A DNA stretch of 64,000 nt from Eledone cirrhosa (lineage: Eukaryota), in contig OZ024744.1 of the NCBI GenBank assembly GCA_964016885.1, positions 46,562,001 through 46,626,000 on the forward strand, read 5' to 3'. Below the pieces are notes generated by a model. It did no database searches. It was not told the DNA's origin and worked only from the letters and a program-made list of their open reading frames with translations. The position numbers and the translations under genes are program-made. Below, piece by piece: positions 1 to 12,533 of this stretch (position 1 is its first letter; each line of letters starts with the position of its first letter).

Positions 1-2040
1 CCATATATAACTTCATTGATGATGCGTGCAACCAGTTTAATGCCTACTTCACATGATGCCTTCAACATCTCAGCAACTATCCCCGACGGTCTAGCAGCCT
101 TACCATTTCTTTAATTACTTCTTATACCCTATATTCGTCAATCTCAATAGCTGGTCCCTCTGTTGGGTCTACTGGGGGTAATTTCTCTCTGTCCCATTCA
201 TTCTCCACATTCATCAGTCTCTCATAGTGACATTTCCAGGCCTCCTTTTTTATCATTCATGACACAAAGTACACCGGCATCATTCCGGACACATGTATCT
301 CCAACAACACCCTGATTTGCACTGACACACTGCTTGGCAATGCCGAACACCGCACGTCTCTGATCTTCCCGTCGCAGAACATTGGCAAACCTCCTATTCT
401 CAGCCTCCCTGCATGCTAAGTACACCTGATGTCTAGCTTCTCTCCTAGCAGCTGTGTATCCTTCCCTACTCCCAACATTTTTCCAAGCCTTCCATGCCAG
501 TCTTTTGTCTCTAATGGCCCTATCTACCGTGCTGTTCCACCACCAGGTCACTCTCTGTCTGGTTGAAGCTCTGCCCCAACCACAAGTTTCTTCAGTAGTC
601 TGCAGTAAGTTGTCACGTAAGAAATTCCAGTTATCATCTGTCATACAACTCTAAATCGCCTTCTTTTTCGTCATACATGTCTTGAAGGGCTTTGCTAAAT
701 TTATATTTTAATGAAAGGTCTTTTAGTTTCCAGACCTTTCTTTTCCACACCTTCCTGTATGTCTCATTCTTTCTCATGCTTACTGAGATGTAACTAACGA
801 CAAATTATGCTGTGGGGTACATTCTTCCCCAGGGTATGCCTTAGTATTTGACACCATCTGTCTGTCTCGCTGTCTAACTAGCAGGATGTCAATCTGGCTT
901 ATGTGCTCGCCTGATTTGTAGGTTGGTTGGTAGGCTTCTAGAAGTTAGTGTTGCAAATAGTTAGTGCATTCGCATCACAAAACTCAAGAAGCTTCACTCC
1001 TTCTTCATTTCTTGAGCTGTAACCGTGCCCACCATCTACCCCAGTGTATCCATCCTGGAGCTGGCCAACATGTCCATTGAAGTCCCCTGCTAACATAACG
1101 ATGTCTCTGTCCTCTGTCATTGAGGCTGTTTGTAAAAGTTGCTCGTAAAAGCAGTCTTTCTCTTCTTTACCTAGGCCTGCCTGGGGAGCATAGGCAGAGA
1201 TGATTGTCAGTAGTCTCTTGCCTACAACTAATCTAAGCTTAATTATTCTATCACTAACTCTAACTACCTCTATTGTCTTATTGATCCACCTCTCAGCCAG
1301 TAATATGCCCACCCCACCTAACCCATCATCATTACCCACCCAGAAAAGCTTATAACTACGATGTTTGCCTGCGATTAGTCTTGCAGAGGCACCTCTCCAT
1401 CTCATCCCTTGCACACAGCATACATCCACATGCCTTCTCTCCAGCATCTCCGCTATCTCACCAGATCTACCTATTAGAGTGCCAACATTAAGTGTGGAAA
1501 CTCTGAGATGCGACGTCTTGTTCTTTTTCCTGTTGTGCGATTGCCTGATGACGGTCGTGGGGTTCTCACTCATGGCCTCACTAGCCACCCCACTACCATG
1601 CAAAGCCCTAACATGGTTAGTGTTGTTTCTGTGTTCATAGTGTTTAGGAGTAGTATATATACTGGTTGGATGCCCTTCCTAACACCAGCACCACTTTACA
1701 GCATGGACTGGGTGCTTTTATTCGTGCCACAGCACTAGAGAGATTGTCTTACTGGACTCAGGGCCTTCTTTACCACTTCATTTTACAGCATGGACTGAGT
1801 GCTTTTATTCGTGCCACCAGCACTAGGGAAGTTTTCTTACTGGACTTAGGGGACTTCTCTACCCTGCAACAATGTATTCGGAGTGATAGCTCTCCTAGAT
1901 GGGTTGCCTACACTACGGCTTACGGAGCCTCTGTACACCCCTTGTCTGTTCAATACTATATTCACAAGGGAGCGGTTATCGTACAGCATTGGGCATATAT
2001 ACCAAACGTGGTGGAGGTGGGAAGTGAGAAGGAAATATGG
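1..2040 (-). mobile_element. RTE-clade LINE, 5' portion (5' UTR, APE endonuclease, start of RT), degenerate
   Basis: ORF 938..1603 has APE motifs (TLNVGTL, IISAYAPQAG, LAGDFNGHVG, LTICNTNF). ORF 222..644 has the RTE linker (TWWWNSTV). 1-130 encodes the KAARPSGIVAEMLK RT start. Frames are broken by stops and frameshifts. Confidence 0.9.
1696..1865. repeat. Two tandem ~85-bp units in the RTE 5' region
   Basis: ttacagcatggactg(g/a)gtgcttttattcgtgccac...cttactggact occurs at ~1696 and ~1782. Confidence 0.75.
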
Positions 2041-2089
2041 CCATAAGCACAAATTTAAATATTAACATTCACATCACATATACATACAC

Positions 2090-2174
<85 letters not shown>

Positions 2175-2369
2175 CATATATACATATATACATATATACA
2201 TACATATATACATGTCACATACCTACATATATATATAAATATGTACAAATCTCATGCGAACCGAAAATTCTTGGAGATACGAATAATAATAAACTTGAAC
2301 TTATCTCAACGGATTCTCCAAATCATGTATCATATTCAACCAAGAGGTCTTACTGCGTTTTACGTATAT

Positions 2370-3563
2370 ATCTGGTGGTTCCTAAGGAAACTAGGTGTTG
2401 AGGAATGGCTTGTGAGGACAGTGCAAAATGTGTACAGAGGTGCTGTCAGTATAGTGAGGGTAGGAATGGAGTTTAGTGAGGAATTCCAGATACAAGTAAG
2501 AGTACATCAGGGTTCGGTCCTCAGCCAGCTCTTGTTTATTATAGTCCTCCAAGCCATAATAGAGGAGTTTAAGACTGGCTGTCCATGGGAGCTTCTCTAT
2601 GCTGACGATCTGGTTCTTATAGCAGAATCAGTAGAGGAGCTAGATAATAAATTCTGGCTATGAAAACAGCAATTGGAATCAAGAGGACTGAGAGTGAACC
2701 TAGCTAAGACAGAAGTGTTGATGAGTAGAAAAGAGGACAAATCTCTGATTCCGTCAGGGGAATGGCCATGTTCGATATGCAGAAAAGGAACTGGCATAAA
2801 TTCTATAAAATGCACACAATGCAGATCTTGGGCACACAAGAGATGTAGTGGGATAGCAGGCAAACTAACAGGTAGGGAGAAATACGTATGCAGTAGATGT
2901 ATAGGGAAATTTGACAGTAGAAGTCGCATTGATAGACACATTTTTCCAATGCAGGTGGGTGCTATAGAAGTGGTTGATAGCTTCCGGTACCTAGGTGATC
3001 AGATTAGCATGGTAGGGTGGTGTTCCGAGGTCATAGTATCTAGAATAAGGATGGGTTGGAAGAAGTTTAGGTAGCTCCTTCCTCTGCTGACGAAGAAGGG
3101 TTTCTCCCTGCATATGAACGGCCGGTTATATGATGCCTGTGTGAGGAGCGCAAGGATATGTGACGGCTGGAGAGAAACGAGGCAAACATGCTCCATTGGA
3201 TGTGCAAAGTCAATGTGCATGAACAGCCGAGCATGGATGTGTTGAGAGAGAAACTGTGTCTGAGAGGGATAGATTGTAGTGTGCGGGAGAGAAGACCGAT
3301 GGTATGGACATGTGATGCGCATGGCGGATGACCGATGGGTGAAGAAGTGCCAGGAAATGCCAGTTGAAGGAAGACGTAGTAGAGGCTGAACACGAAGAAC
3401 ATGGGTGGAGGTGGTGAGAGCAGACCTCAGAGTGCTCAAGCTCATGGTGGAGATGACGAAGGACCATGACAAGTGGAGAGATGCTGTGCTGAATAGGAGA
3501 CGTCCCACCCTTGCAAGCAGGGAAAAGTGGACGTAAGATGATGATGATGATGATGATGATGAT
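2370..3563 (+). mobile_element. 5'-truncated RTE LINE (RT C-terminal half, PHD-like finger, (GAT)n tail)
   Basis: [12 protein letters not shown]...LLYADDLVL; Cys/His pattern CSIC...CTQC..WAHKRC...CSRC; WYGHVMRM; ends in (GAT)n at 3537-3563. Confidence 0.92.
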
Positions 3564-3830
3564 ATAAATGGCAGGGACAGCGGCAGTTTGGTCCATTTGT
3601 GTTTGGACCTGGTATATATATGTATATATCAGAGATAATTAATCCAATAACTGTTTCCTGTATTTGTAATGTTATTTGTATATATACATGTAGGTTTACT
3701 ATGATTTTGTTTATATATTCTATGTGACTATATTACAGTGTCGCCTCGCACTGCACCAATCAAGTGTAAATCAGCTGAAAAGAGTAAGTTATAATTTAAA
3801 CATCATCTAATAAGTTATTCAGTAACTTAT
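3563..3830 (+). repeat. Local duplication block A, copy 1 (copy 2 at 6883-7143)
   Basis: tataaatggcagggacag...catcatctaataagttattcagtaa is shared by both loci. Confidence 0.9.
3739..3783 (+). CDS. Putative 45-nt host micro-exon (VSPRTAPIKCKSAEK)
   Basis: Bounded by tattacAG and GTAAGT, open in phase 1-1. The paralogous copy at 7059-7103 keeps the length, frame and both splice sites. Confidence 0.4.
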
Positions 3831-4279
3831 TTAGGTTTACAACAGTAAATTTACAACTACTTAATTCAGTCAAGAATATCAAACTCTATATTACAAACTC
3901 ACCTAACATAATGCAGAATAAACATTTTATTGACTTGCTCAGAGACCTTGTAATGAGGACAAAAGTACAGATAGACTTTTTTAGGGCATTATCAGAGATA
4001 GCTGAGAAAGAATGACATTATATGTGGTTCAAATGTGAAGATAAATGTTGCACTAGATTCATTGAGATAGATGGAATTACATCACAGATCAGTATTCTCA
4101 TCTTTAACAAAACATCATCCTACAGTTCTTCACAATTTCTTGTCTCCCTTCATTGTTCATACACTGCATCCTTTTATCCACTACATGAGCCAGTACTCTA
4201 AATATTTGGTTAAACCACTATATATATCTGTTCTTCGGGACCAGTGGGAAACTGTAGAATGTTTCTCTCATAATTCTAG

Positions 4280-4340
4280 ACATTCCACATATGACTAGCC
4301 ACACTTTACTCCTTTTGGAAGTTTTAGATTTGTGGGATAA
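4280..4340 (+). CDS. Putative 61-nt host micro-exon (IPHMTSHTLLLLEVLDLWD)
   Basis: ttctctcataattctAG acceptor and GTAAGC donor, open in phase 1. A partial paralog starts at 7501. Confidence 0.3.
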
Positions 4341-4404
4341 GTAAGCATGTCATTGACAGAACAAACCGTATAAATGGATCTAGTTGATTAAATAAACCAC
4401 AATA

Positions 4405-4640
4405 TCATCATCATCATCACCGTTTTACATCCGTTCTTCCACACTAGCATGGGTTAGATGGGGTGTCCTATTGTGGGCAGTGTCCAGTCAGCTGACTTTG
4501 TCTTGCTCATACAGGAACTGATTTTTGCTTGATTTCTACAGTTGGTTGCCCTTCCTAACACCAACCTCATTTACAGAGAGTGCTGGGTGCTTTTTTTCCA
4601 TGGTGCCTATACGTGCACTTGACAGTGTGGGCTGGGTGCT
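4405..4640 (-). mobile_element. RTE-related SINE / bipartite non-autonomous element
   Basis: (CAT)n tail plus cgttcttccacactagcatgggttaga and gcccttcctaacaccaacc. The same motifs occur at 8045-8217 (+). Confidence 0.7.
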
Positions 4641-4769
4641 TTTTTGCTGTGGCATCTCACGACCACTTTGCAGTGGGGGATGCGAGGCAGGGGATGGGGG
4701 AATATTGTCTATATGCTTCAGCTTCAGCTTGTACCCGTGGGGGGTTGGGTCTTCTGTATTACTGCGTGA

Positions 4770-6135
4770 CGCCAGAGGTCACCGTCTTGAGTCATCGCCT
4801 TTGAGAGGTTTAATTGGGTAAGGTCGGCTTTTATCACCTCATCCCAGGTCTTCTTGGGTCTCGCCACTCCGCGGTTTTCATCAACTTCTACTGCTCTGCA
4901 CCTTTTTATGCAGCTGTCATCCTTCATACGCATCACATGTCCATACCAACGTAACCTCCTCTCCTGCACACAGCATTTGATTCCTCTTATGCTCAGTCTC
5001 TCTCTCAATTCGTTTATGCTTTTCCGTTCGCGTATATTACTATTTCACATCCATCGGAGCATGCAGGCTTCGTTTCTTTCTAATCTACGTAAGTCTTCTA
5101 CAGACAGCGTCCAGCTTTCACTTCCATGTAACATTGCTGTTCGTATACACGCATCATACAGTCTGCCTTTCATTTTGAGGGAGAAGCCTTTTGCAGCTAG
5201 CAGTGGCAGTAGCTCCCTGAACTTCTTCCATCCCGTTCTTACCCTAGTTATTGTACTTTCCGAACACCCACCTCTGCTGCTAATTCGGTCACCTAGGTAG
5301 CAGAAGCTGTCTACTGTTTCTACAGAGCCCTCCCAGAGTTTAGTGGTGCTTGTTTCCTGTGGTCGTTCATTGCTTGCTGTCCCAGCACAGCTGCTACATA
5401 TGAAGCCTACATTCTTAAGTTAAACTTCCTGAGATCCCACTACATCACTTGTGTACCCATTGTTTGCATTTGGGGAAGAGGATGGAGTTCCTACCTACAC
5501 CTTTCCTACATACTGAGCAAGGCCATTTCCCTGAGGGTATCTGAGTTGTTTTCTCGTCTACTTACAAGAACCTTAGTCTTTGTCAGGTTGACTCTGAGGC
5601 CCCTTCTTTCTAGTCTCTGCATCCATGTTTGGAATTTCTTCTTTAGTTCCACCATGGATTCAGCTATAAGTGCGAGATCATCCACATACAGGAGTTCCCA
5701 TGGGCATCCGGTCTTAAACTCCTCCTGTATGTTAAATTCCTCGCTATAGTCATTGCTAACTCTAACTTTGCTGACAGCTCCTCTATACATGGCTTGTACA
5801 ACTTTAACAAGCCATTCATCTACTCCTAGTTTTCTAAGAGCCCACCAGATTAGAGCACGGGGGACTCTGTCTTAGGCTTTTTCCAGATCGACAAATGCCA
5901 GTTAAAGCAGCTTACTTTTAGCTAGGTACTTTTCCTCTAACTGCCTCACAAGGAAAAGGGCATCAGTGGTACCTTTTCCTGGTACAAACCCAAATTGCAT
6001 CTCATCTAGTTTCACCCGGTCCCTAATCAACTGTGCTATAACTCTTTCCGTTATTTTCATGACCTGGTCCATAAGCTTTATACCTCTATAGTTTCCTCTA
6101 TCTAGTGCATCACCTTTATCTCTGTAGCAGTTAAC
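4770..6135 (-). mobile_element. RTE LINE RT/3' fragment, degenerate
   Basis: NYRGIKLMDQVMK, MQFGFVPGKGTTDA, WELLYVDDLAL, RLRWYGHVMRM. Confidence 0.9.
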
Positions 6136-6185
6136 ATATATACATCGAGTCCTCTTTGGATTTTAGTCTTCAAATTTATTATTAT

Positions 6186-6237
<52 letters not shown>

Positions 6238-6286
6238 AATAAAGTAAAATAAAAAGTCAAATGTTTAAAATTTAGCTTCGTTTATT

Positions 6287-6341
6287 ACTGCTATATATAT
6301 TTCGGTGACAGCCATCTTTGGCTGTGACCTCTTCAGGCAGT
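6287..6341 (-). ncRNA. Minimal type I hammerhead ribozyme motif (family 1, mirror copy)
   Basis: Reverse complement of 6500-6554. Confidence 0.8.
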
Positions 6342-6499
6342 CCGAATTAGTGTGGTATAGACAAGTACATATGTTGTTGAGGTGTATAATTTTGTCAATA
6401 CTCTGATATGCCCAGTTCCTGGTTGGATTGTTATTTCACTGAGGAACTGGAATCATATATTCAACAACATATGTACTTGTCTATACCACACTAATTCGG

Positions 6500-6554
6500 A
6501 CTGCCTGAAGAGGTCACAGCCAAAGATGGCTGTCACCGAAATATATATAGCAGT
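6500..6554 (+). ncRNA. Minimal type I hammerhead ribozyme motif (family 1)
   Basis: actgc-CTGAAGA-ggtcacagcca(aaga)tggctgtcacc-GAAA-tatata-TA-gcagt. Stem I is actgc/gcagt, stem II is 11 bp with one mismatch, stem III is short and palindromic. Confidence 0.85.
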
Positions 6555-6688
6555 AATAAACGAAGCTAAATTTTAAACATCTGACTTTTTATTTTACATT
6601 ACTCCGTAACCAAACCAACCGGCGCAATTCGTCGAGTGCTCCAGCTTGCATACTGAGATGTTGGTATACAACCAACATATACTCAAAA

Positions 6689-6731
<43 letters not shown>

Positions 6732-6882
6732 ATACATATATATATGTATTCATATACATATATATATACATATATATGTATACATATATATATATGTATA
6801 CATATACATATATATACATATATATGTATACATATATATATGTATACATATACATATATATACATATATATATACGTATATA

Positions 6883-7143
6883 TATAAATGGCAGGGACAG
6901 CAGCAGTTTGGTCTATTTGTTTTTGGACCTGGTGTATATATGTATATATCAGAGATAATGAATCTAATAACTGTTTCCTGTATTTGTAATGTTATTTGTA
7001 TATATACATGTAGGTTTACTATGATTTTGTTTATATATTCTAGGTGACCATATTACAGTGTCTCCTTATAGTGCTCCAATCAAGCCAAAATCAACCAAAA
7101 AGGGTAAGTTATAACATCATCTAATAAGTTATTCAGTAATTTA
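6883..7143 (+). repeat. Local duplication block A, copy 2
   Basis: Matches 3563-3830. Block B at 7446-7536 likewise matches 4230-4315. Confidence 0.9.
7059..7103 (+). CDS. Putative 45-nt host micro-exon, copy 2 (VSPYSAPIKPKSTKK)
   Basis: tattacAG...GTAAGT boundaries and the same frame as 3739-3783. Confidence 0.4.
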
Positions 7144-7984
7144 TCCTTTCACTATATATATATGTGTGTATATAATAAATGAAGAATTAGAAATAGAAGC
7201 CAGGAATATCCGTCATCAGTGGTCTACTAGCCATCATAGGTATTTCTTCACATTACAACCCATATACTTCATGCTAGGGCGATACAATAACTAAATTAAG
7301 TTATTGGGATAAAAAGAGTTGGGTGGAAAAAGAGAGACAGGTAAATAAATACGAATGGTGAGGCAGCGTAAAGAGAGGAAAAAATGAGAAAATCAAGTCA
7401 ATAATTCATTGTGAACAGTCTATGCCTTCTCGTCAATATTCGCAAGTTCTTATGTTCAGGACCAGGGGGAAACTGTAGAATATTTCTCTCATAATCCTAG
7501 ACATCCCACATATGACTAACCACACTTTACTCCTTTCTATGAATTTGTATACATGGAAGTCTATGTAATGTGTATGGTGGAACTAATGAATAAAATATTG
7601 TGTACATATGTAAGTGAAGTGATGTTGGTATTATGTGTATGTTGATGTATACATATATATATATATATATTGGGTTGTATATCATTTTTCAAGTAACTGT
7701 TTGGGTGTGTTTGTCTATTGATGCCTTTTTGAGTGTGTGTTATGTTCTGTGTGAGCCCTGTTTGTGCAAGTGTGAGTGTGAGGTTCTGTGTGTGCACTCT
7801 CTGTGCGTGTGTATGTAAGAATGAATTTTCTTTATTAGGACTGTTGTCATGATTATAGAATAATTAGTAGCAAATGTATATTTACGGAGCTAAACTACCC
7901 TCTTTTTTATATTATATATAGATGAGATACCGAGATCGAGATCGTGTAGGTGTCACGACGAAAAAACCCCCCAAAAAAAACACA

Positions 7985-8217
7985 GTTCATGCTGTAATGT
8001 GGCCATGTAGGTAATACGGTAAAATGTTCCCAGTTCCACACTGTAAATGTGGTTGGTGTTAGGAAGGGCATCCAGCCGTACAAAACCTGCCAGATAGTCC
8101 TATATGAGTGAGACACGGTCACCTGACCAACCTTGCTTCAAATGGTACAACTCCCGTCTAACCCATGCTAGCGTGGAAGATGGACGTTAAATGAAGATGA
8201 TGATGATGACGATGATA
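7985..8217 (+). mobile_element. RTE-related SINE copy
   Basis: ggttggtgttaggaagggcatccagccgta...ctaacccatgctagcgtggaa..ggacgttaaa followed by (GAT)n. Confidence 0.75.
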
Positions 8218-9134
8218 GATATTACAATTAATCATCATTTTTGATGGGGCGGGGCCAGTTAAATAACATACTAAACAATTATAGTTGTCCACTTATCACA
8301 TTATCGATGTCTTATATATACCTGTAAGTTTACTGTGATTTTTATGTTTGTTTTCAGATATGTAAAACGATAAGACATTGAACAAAATGAATACGATAAG
8401 AAATTGTATAAAAACCTGTCTACTATTAATGAACATAGAGTAAATATGGAATATTTTAGGAGAAAAAAACATTTGTCAGTCATTTCAAACGTACAGAGAA
8501 TGTACCACTGTAAATTATTTCAAATATTAACTGATTTGATATCTAACACAGTTAATTTTTTAAATAAATAGATAAATGTAGAAAAATATGGAAAAATCCG
8601 AGGAAGTATTAATGAATTTTATCTTCCATTTTTCGATATTTCGGTTCTCTCTCTTTCAATCTCCCTCTCGCTCTCTCTTTCTATCTCTCTCCCTCTCACT
8701 CTCTTTCCCTCTCGCTCTCTTTCTATCTCTCTCCCTCTCACTCTCTCTCACTCTCGCTCTCTCTTTCTATCCACTCTTCATGACCCCGCCCCCCATTTCT
8801 TTCCATCTGTTTTTTTTTTATTTGTTTTTGTTTTGTTTTTTTGACTACCGTCTCCCCTTAGGACACCCCTTTCCCACTCCCCATCCCTACCATACCTAAC
8901 CTGTAATCCTTCCTCCACCAACTCCACACCCGCCTCATACACTTTCTCCAACCCGCCTGCTACCTTCAACCCACACTCCAACTCTCCTACCTCATCTTTG
9001 CTAAGACCCAGCATTCCAGCCACATCCAATTCCACAGCCATTACCTCCATCTCCAGCTCCACCTCATCCCCCCCACAGATTCCGACTCTATTTCCACGCC
9101 TCCCCTTCTTGTTAGCGTCAATCCAACACATCCT

Positions 9135-9810
9135 CACTCCACTCCGCCCGTCTCCTCATGCACGTCTCATTCCGCTCCTCCCCTCTCCTCATGCACGTCT
9201 CATTCCGCTCCTCCCCTCTCCTCATGCACGTCTCACTCCGCTCCTCCCATCTCCTCATGCGTGTCTCACTCCGCTCCTCCCATCTCCTCATGCACGTCTC
9301 ACTCCGCTCCTCCCATCTCCTCATGCGTGACTCACTCCGCTCCTCCCATCTCCTCATGCGTGTCTCACTCCGCTCCTCCCGTCTCCTCATGCGTGACTCA
9401 CTCCGCTCCTCCCATCTCCTCATGCGTGTCTCACTCTGCTCCTCCCGTCTCCTCATGCGTGTCTCACTCCGCTCCTCCCATCTCCTCATGCGTGTCTCAC
9501 TCTGCTCCTCCCGTCTCCTCATGCGTGTCTCACTCCGCTCCTCCCATCTCCTCATGCGTGTCTCACTCCGCTCCTCCCGTCTCCTCATGCGTGTCTCACT
9601 CCGCTCCTCCCATCTCCTCATGCACGTCTCACTCCGCTCCTCCCGTCTCCTCATGCGTGTCTCACTCCGCTTCTCCCATCTCCTCATGCACGTCTCACTC
9701 CGCTCCTCCCATCTCCTCATGCGTGTCTCACTCCGCTCCTCCCATCTCCTCATGCACGTCTCACTCCGCTCCTCCCATCTCCTCATGCACGTCTCACTCC
9801 GCTCCTCCCT
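9135..9810. repeat. 33-bp minisatellite, about 20 copies
   Basis: Unit ctcctcatgcgtgtctcactccgctcctcccat, which explains the 11-aa periodic ORFs in three frames. Confidence 0.97.
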
Positions 9811-10029
9811 CTCTACTATCCACAACCTCGACTGCAACCTACCCCAAACCCCTCTTCACATCGACTGCAACCTACCCCAAACCCTTCTACACCTCAACTC
9901 CACCTGTCACCCTCTCCTCACCCGCTCCATCCTTCTTTTCATCCATAACCTCAACCATGATCTCTTCTCTTTCCTCACCTCCACCAAGCCCCACAAATTC
10001 AACTCACTCTTTCCCCCAACCACCACCAC

Positions 10030-10900
10030 CCACCGCTAAGACCCCCGCCTACACCCCTACACCCCACATAACCCCTCCGTCCCCACCTAACCCATCCATC
10101 CCCACCCCATCTAACCCACCCACCCCATCTAAACTATACACCCCCACCCGTACCTTGCCACCCAACTAACACAACTAACACCCTACCCCCCACCTAAAAC
10201 CCCACCCCACCTATCCCACCCACCCTCATCTAAACTATACACCCCCACCCGTACCATGCCACCCAACTAACACAACTAACACCCTACCCCCACCTAAACC
10301 CTCCATCCCTACCTACCCTCCCACCCCTATCAAAACTATCCACCCCACCCGTACCATGCCACCCAACTAACACAACTAACACCCTACCCCCACCTAAACC
10401 CTCCACCCATACCTGCCCCCCACTAACACTAACCTTTTCCCCCACACACCCAACCACCCACTCACCTTCCTCTCTCCCTTCACCTACCCCTACTATCACC
10501 ACTAACCTCTACTCACACACACCCACACCTTGCCACCCAACTAACACAACTAACACCACACCCACACTAATCTCCTCACCACCAACCTCTCTACCCATAC
10601 ATTCCCCTTCCCCTCCACTAACACTAACCTCTTCCCCTACATCCCCAACCACCCACTCAACCTTCTCTCCCTTCACCTACCCCTACTATCACCACCACAC
10701 CTTGCCACCCTACCCACACCCATCCCCTCACACCACCAACCCCTCCATCACCATCTAACCTACTAATAGCGCCACCCCACGCACACCTACCTACCAGTAA
10801 CCGCCTAATCTCACCCCATTTCCTCCACCCCGTCACCCTCTAATCCACTGACTCACCACCAGACACCTCCACCCACGGCCCTACCCCACCCTTGGTTTAG
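10030..10900. repeat. C/A-rich low-complexity tract with ~100-bp tandem units
   Basis: ccccacccgtacc(t/a)tgccacccaactaacacaactaacaccctaccccc recurs at ~10141, ~10243 and ~10343. Confidence 0.85.
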
Positions 10901-12460
10901 TCCTTTCCCTCCTTACACCACAAAAACACGCACCTACACCCTGAAACACACACACACACAAATACCAGTATATACGCTCACATACGCGTATGTACCCATC
11001 AAAAGAGTGATTGACAGAGCCTTCCCACACACACCGACAATCTCTCCTCGCATGACCACTACGCTTTCTACACACACACATTTTACCATACGTCATCCCT
11101 GCCCGGACTCTGATTTTCTTGCTTCCCCCTTCTCGTTCTCTTCCCCTCCACCCACCCCTATACACACTACCACACCCATCCTAGACCTATACACTCCTCC
11201 CACCACTTTATTTTCACTTTTATTTAAAATATGCTTTTTATATCTATTTTTATTTTGCCCCTTCTTTTCGTGTTCTTTACTTGTTTACTTCCCTCCTTAC
11301 TCCCTCTTGGAGTTCCTTTCCTGCGTTTTGTTTGTTTTTTCTAATTATATATATATATATATACACACACATATATATATACGAAGGGAGACTGTCCACC
11401 TCTAGTTTGTGTCTCCTTACCTTCTAACACCCATTATCAGTAACCATACAGCCCCTCCTCTCATCCATATTTATGATATTTATTGCTGTGACCTTCGCTC
11501 TCTCCTCTCTACCAATCACACTCACGCCCTCTGCCTTCTACTCCCTCTCGCCTCCGTTTCTCTCTTTCTGCTGTGCTTTCACTGAGGACAGACGTGGAAT
11601 ACCTAGCTGCTTTATTATGGCCTCGGGCTTAAACCCAACGGCTTTTTTTTAACTTGATCTCCATTCTCTCGGTTACTTGCTTACATGTACCATTGTCCCG
11701 TGTCCCCCTTCCATTGGTGTGTTTATTTTTTTTTCTTTATATATATATATATATAGTGAAAAAAGTGTGGACGTTTGAAAACGTTCTATCTTTCTATACA
11801 AATCACGTTGTATGAAATAAAAGAAAAGGCACCTTGTATAAATTTAAAGATGAGAGGACTTTATAACATAGACCAAAAGTTGTTTAGCGTAACTTGCTTT
11901 CTTAGTTTCTTTTAAACATTAATTGTCCTTTCCTTCAGACTCCAGCATTCTGTTTTTCGACTGCTTAGTTAGGGTCGCCTCTGTCCTTGCTAAAGTAAGG
12001 AAGGATGCACCTTGTTTTTGGGGTGTGTGTTTGTTGACCCTTGCGTATATATATATATATATATATATAATTTCATTTGAGTATTGGTGAAAGATAGCAT
12101 GAATACTATTTACCTCCTCCTACTCTCATCAACACCAAACACCAGAGTGAGTGGGAGGGGTCGTGACGAGTAGACAAAAAGCGAGAGAGAGATTCAAAGA
12201 GAGAGGAGCTGAGATATCGACAAATGGAAGATAAAATTCATTAATACTCCTTCAGATTTTCCATATATTTATACATTCATCTATTTATTTTAAAATTCGC
12301 TGTGTTAGATTATATTTATATATGAAACATTATGTAAAGAATAAATAATGTTGATAAGTGTGTTTTGTTTCTCCATCATGTTCTGTTTATGGATATATAT
12401 ATATATATATATCATCATCATCATCACCGTTTTACGTCCGTTCTTCCACACTAGCATGGG

Positions 12461-12530
<70 letters not shown>

Positions 12531-12533
<3 letters not shown>

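Larger units (their letters stand above)
6244..6597. repeat. Fold-back palindrome, 137-bp arms (6244-6380 / 6461-6597), 80-bp spacer
   Basis: Arms are near-perfect reverse complements; (TA)n lies on both sides. Confidence 0.95.

Noticed and set aside
9118-9837. 33-bp repeat as a CRISPR array or an R/E-rich protein
   Set aside because: Units are contiguous with no unique spacers, there are no cas genes, the context is eukaryotic, and multiple frames are open.
10030-10900. Telomeric repeat
   Set aside because: There is no tandem CCCTAA array, only C-rich low complexity.
11575-11612. CTGAGGA...GAAT hammerhead candidate
   Set aside because: No convincing stem I or III, and GAAA is missing.
11885-11946. 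Minus-strand CTGAAGG...GAAA hammerhead candidate
   Set aside because: The core is altered and the stems are weak; it may be a decayed copy but cannot be supported.
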